From a virus (Duplodnaviria > Caudoviricetes), in IMG/VR virus record IMGVR_UViG_3300032294_000330, positions 1-35,259 of that record: a stretch of DNA of 35,259 bases; one strand, written 5' to 3'. The translations under genes were made by a program, and so were the position numbers. The notes beneath the pieces are model-generated. The model saw nothing but the letters and a program-made list of their open reading frames with translations. It did not search any database and was not told the DNA's origin. Shown piece after piece: positions 32,746 through 35,259 of this stretch (its first letter is position 1; each line of letters begins with the position of its first letter).

Positions 32746-33471
32746 ATGTCCACTATCGTCACACGGGCTGGTAAAGGTAGTGCGCTAACTCACACAGAGG
32801 TAGATGCTAACTTTGTAAATCTAAATACAGACAAGTTACAGTCAGGAAACACGGCTAACAGCCTGACGATTACGAATCTTAGCGGTACGACTGTCACCTA
32901 TACTAATGCGATTATTAGTAGTGCGACGATTGCTGGTGGGTCTATCAATGGCACAACGATAGGCGCATCTACAGCCACTACAGGCGCATTTACGGTTCTA
33001 ACGGCTTCCTCAGACTCCTCCTTTACGTCCACAGGTGCATTGCTAATTAGCAAGGGTACTACTGGTCAGCAGCCGGGAAGTCCTACGACGGGGATGATGC
33101 GTTATAACAGCACGACGAATCAGTTCGAGGGTTATAGCGGTTCTTCTCCTGCATGGAAGTCGATTGGTGGATCGGCACTATCAAACGATACGAGTACGGC
33201 AAGTAACCTGTATCCGGTCTTTGCTGGAGCGACTTCAGGGACTGCTGAGAATTTATACACAAGTAACGCCAAACTTCTTTATAAACCAAGTACGGGTGAA
33301 TTATCGGCGAGTGTACCGAGGGCAGATAACGGTATCTTTGTTAATAAGGCAACAATAGCAACGAGCTATACGATTGCGTCAGGTGATAACGGGATGTCTG
33401 CTGGAACGATTACGGTAGCCGATGGCGTTACGGTGACGGTTTCTGACGGCTCGTTCTGGACTGTTGTTTAA
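32746..33471 (+). CDS. Mosaic tail fibre protein
   Basis: TRAGKGSALT..EVDANF, GGSINGTTIG, GMMRYNSTT..FEGY, terminal GVTVTV..GS.WTVV modules. Confidence 0.75.
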   Translation: MSTIVTRAGKGSALTHTEVDANFVNLNTDKLQSGNTANSLTITNLSGTTVTYTNAIISSATIAGGSINGTTIGASTATTGAFTVLTASSDSSFTSTGALLISKGTTGQQPGSPTTGMMRYNSTTNQFEGYSGSSPAWKSIGGSALSNDTSTASNLYPVFAGATSGTAENLYTSNAKLLYKPSTGELSASVPRADNGIFVNKATIATSYTIASGDNGMSAGTITVADGVTVTVSDGSFWTVV

Positions 33472-33481
33472 AGGATAATAA

Positions 33482-34669
33482 ATGGCAACGATACTTAAAG
33501 CGGGTAACGTAGCATCAGGCGCACAGATAACGTCGGATAGCACAGGTATCCTTGAGATTAAGACGGGTACAGGGGCTGGTACGACTGCGATCACGGTAGG
33601 TACGAATCAGGCTGTAACGATGGCGGGTGCTGTATCTAGCAGTTCGTTGACTGTCAACAGCAACAACATCTCAGCGGTCAATAGCTTGGGTTTCCGTAAC
33701 CGCATCATTAACGGTGGGATGGTGATCGACCAGCGGAATAACGGTGCGAGTGTGACGCCAAACAACAACTACACACTAGATAGGTGGGTTTTTGGTAACT
33801 CGCAAACGAGCAAGTTTACTGCTCAACGGAACCAAGGATCAATAACCCCGCCAACCGGATTTGTAAACTATTTAGGTATTACGTCATCGTCAGCTTACTC
33901 GCTCACCTCTACAGACGAATTTGAGCTTATCCAATACATTGAAGGTTTCAACACTGCTGACTTAAGTTGGGGAACCGCCAACGCGCAAACAATTACTTTG
34001 TCTTTCTGGGTTCGATCTAGCCTGACCGGAACTTTTGGTGGCAGTTTGTCTAACCACGACGGTAATCGCGGATATGCGTTTAGCTTTGTCATCAATGCCG
34101 CAAACACTTGGGAATACAAAACAATCACGATTGCTGGAGACACGACAGGAACGTGGCAGACAGGCAACCTAAAGGGCATCACGGTGATGTTCAGTCTGGG
34201 TGCTGGATCGTCGTTGCTTGCCGCAGCAGGATCGTGGGGGGCGTCTTTTCCGCGTGGCGCAACAGGACAGACTAACCTTGTCTCAACCAACGGCGCAACC
34301 TTCTACATCACCGGCGTACAACTAGAAGCTGGCTCAGTAGCAACACCGTTCGAGCGCAGGGACTACGGGCGTGAGTTGATTATGTGTCAGAGATACCTAG
34401 AGAAAAACACGAGTTACGATGGCAACTCAGGTTTTTGGTCTGGGAATGTCACCAATGGCGTAACCTATTACACTTCAATTCCATATGCGGTTTCAAAAAG
34501 AGCCGCTGCCACAATAACCATTGATGGAAGTTCAAACGCAAGTATGGGAACTGTTACCGCAACATCTCCTTCTGATGCAATTGCAGGATTCCGCATTTCA
34601 GCGGCAGCTACGGCAACGGCTAACGGACAATATATGCGTATTATTTGGACTGCCTCTGCTGAACTATGA
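33482..34669 (+). CDS. Tail fibre / receptor-binding protein with carbohydrate-binding-like domain
   Basis: FRNRIING.M.IDQR, LDRW, TLSFWV, ITGVQLE.GS.ATPFE.R....EL..CQRY. Confidence 0.82.
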   Translation: MATILKAGNVASGAQITSDSTGILEIKTGTGAGTTAITVGTNQAVTMAGAVSSSSLTVNSNNISAVNSLGFRNRIINGGMVIDQRNNGASVTPNNNYTLDRWVFGNSQTSKFTAQRNQGSITPPTGFVNYLGITSSSAYSLTSTDEFELIQYIEGFNTADLSWGTANAQTITLSFWVRSSLTGTFGGSLSNHDGNRGYAFSFVINAANTWEYKTITIAGDTTGTWQTGNLKGITVMFSLGAGSSLLAAAGSWGASFPRGATGQTNLVSTNGATFYITGVQLEAGSVATPFERRDYGRELIMCQRYLEKNTSYDGNSGFWSGNVTNGVTYYTSIPYAVSKRAAATITIDGSSNASMGTVTATSPSDAIAGFRISAAATATANGQYMRIIWTASAEL

Positions 34670-35124
34670 ACATCCGACTAAGCCCACAAGACCAAGACCT
34701 AATCCAGCACAACTGGACTGGTCTTGCGTCTAAGCACATCACATACGCCAAGGCTTCTATTGGTGGTAAGCAGGTTCTTCTGCACCGCCTTGTTGCGGAG
34801 CGCATGGGATTGTCGTTAGAGGGTGTGATTGACCACATCAACGGTGACGCATTGGATTGCCGCAGAGAAAACCTACAAGCCTGTACGCATCAGCAAAACA
34901 TTATGAAGCAGCGGCATCAGGCAACTGCCATAAGCCCCTATAAAGGCGTTGTTCCTTTTAGAAATAAGTGGAGATCGCGGATTACTCTTAACGGTAAAAC
35001 ACTACATCTTGGTTTGTTCCTGACGGCGGCTGATGCAGCCCATGCGTACAACGAAAAAGCCAAAGAACTATTTGGGAAATTTGCAAATTTGAATGAGGTA
35101 AGTCATGTACCAACTTCTTCCTGA
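34666..35124 (+). CDS. HNH-AP2 homing endonuclease
   Basis: LHRLV, IDHINGD.LD.RRENL, S.YKGV, W...I.....HLGLF.....AA.AYN..A..LFG.FA.LN. Confidence 0.9.
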   Translation: MNIRLSPQDQDLIQHNWTGLASKHITYAKASIGGKQVLLHRLVAERMGLSLEGVIDHINGDALDCRRENLQACTHQQNIMKQRHQATAISPYKGVVPFRNKWRSRITLNGKTLHLGLFLTAADAAHAYNEKAKELFGKFANLNEVSHVPTSS

Positions 35125-35259
35125 CTCATCAATGGGCGCGGCGCACTGCATTAAACGCATTGCTGACAACGCCTTCATACCCTTTGACCCCGCGAACACC
35201 GACTACCAAGCCTATCTTCAATGGCTTGCCGAGGGCAACGAACCATTGCCAGCAGATGA
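35105..35259 (+). CDS. Small tail-fibre-associated protein; 3'-truncated (not in the ORF track)
   Basis: MYQLLPDSS...IKRIADNAFIPFDPANTDYQAYLQWLAEGNEPLPAD after GAGG RBS. Runs off the window end. Confidence 0.78.
   Translation, partial: MYQLLPDSSMGAAHCIKRIADNAFIPFDPANTDYQAYLQWLAEGNEPLPAD

Larger units (their letters stand above)
1..35259. mobile_element. Near-complete tailed phage genome (Caudoviricetes, P22-like podovirus gene set), circularly permuted
   Basis: Terminase, portal, scaffold, capsid, adaptor, ejection proteins, lysis and replication genes are densely tiled with ATGA/TAATG overlaps. No host housekeeping genes. No tape measure or sheath. Confidence 0.95.

Noticed and set aside
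1-35259. Stop-codon reassignment suggested by the abundance of TAG-containing words
   Set aside because: Genes tile fully under the standard code, core genes are uninterrupted, TAG serves as a normal stop, and no suppressor tRNA is seen.
1-35259. Diversity-generating retroelement acting on the tail fibres
   Set aside because: No reverse transcriptase, and I saw no template/variable repeat pair differing at adenines.
35105-35259. Terminal repeat or direct circular join with position 1
   Set aside because: The end shows no overlap with the window start and both terminal genes are truncated, so some sequence is missing.

Overview
This window is almost certainly a near-complete (~35 kb) genome of a tailed dsDNA phage with P22-like podovirus architecture. 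It is linearised inside the tail-fibre region: it opens in a 5'-truncated tail fibre and ends in a 3'-truncated small tail-associated gene. Gene order: tail and DNA-ejection genes (1-9890); an unusually gene-rich lysis cassette with a GH19 endolysin, embedded Rz/Rz1 and a second lipoprotein (9892-12876); a leftward early operon with ERF recombinase, SSB-like, HTH and MazG-like genes (12865-15872); a rightward replication/nuclease operon with a DUF1376-type initiator, primase Zn-binding domain, SF4 helicase, VRR-NUC and Ref-like nuclease (16384-21083); four small Lys-rich proteins; an acetyltransferase-methyltransferase-glycosyltransferase cluster plus an ADP-ribosyltransferase-like gene (21815-24392); then terS/terL, portal, scaffold, major capsid, a second glycosyltransferase, adaptor, more fibres and an HNH-AP2 endonuclease. 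I see no integrase, CI-type repressor, DNA polymerase, tRNA or CRISPR array. The best leads are: (i) a candidate virion glycosylation/decoration system; (ii) a promoter-anchored structured 5' leader whose loop can pair next to the RBS of the replication initiator; (iii) a hairpin-dense non-coding interval with loop-E-like and boxB-like motifs; (iv) a 22-bp element shared by two distant promoters; (v) a probable virion-delivered ART effector; (vi) apparent total absence of CCWGG. All family assignments come from motif recognition by eye, not database searches.
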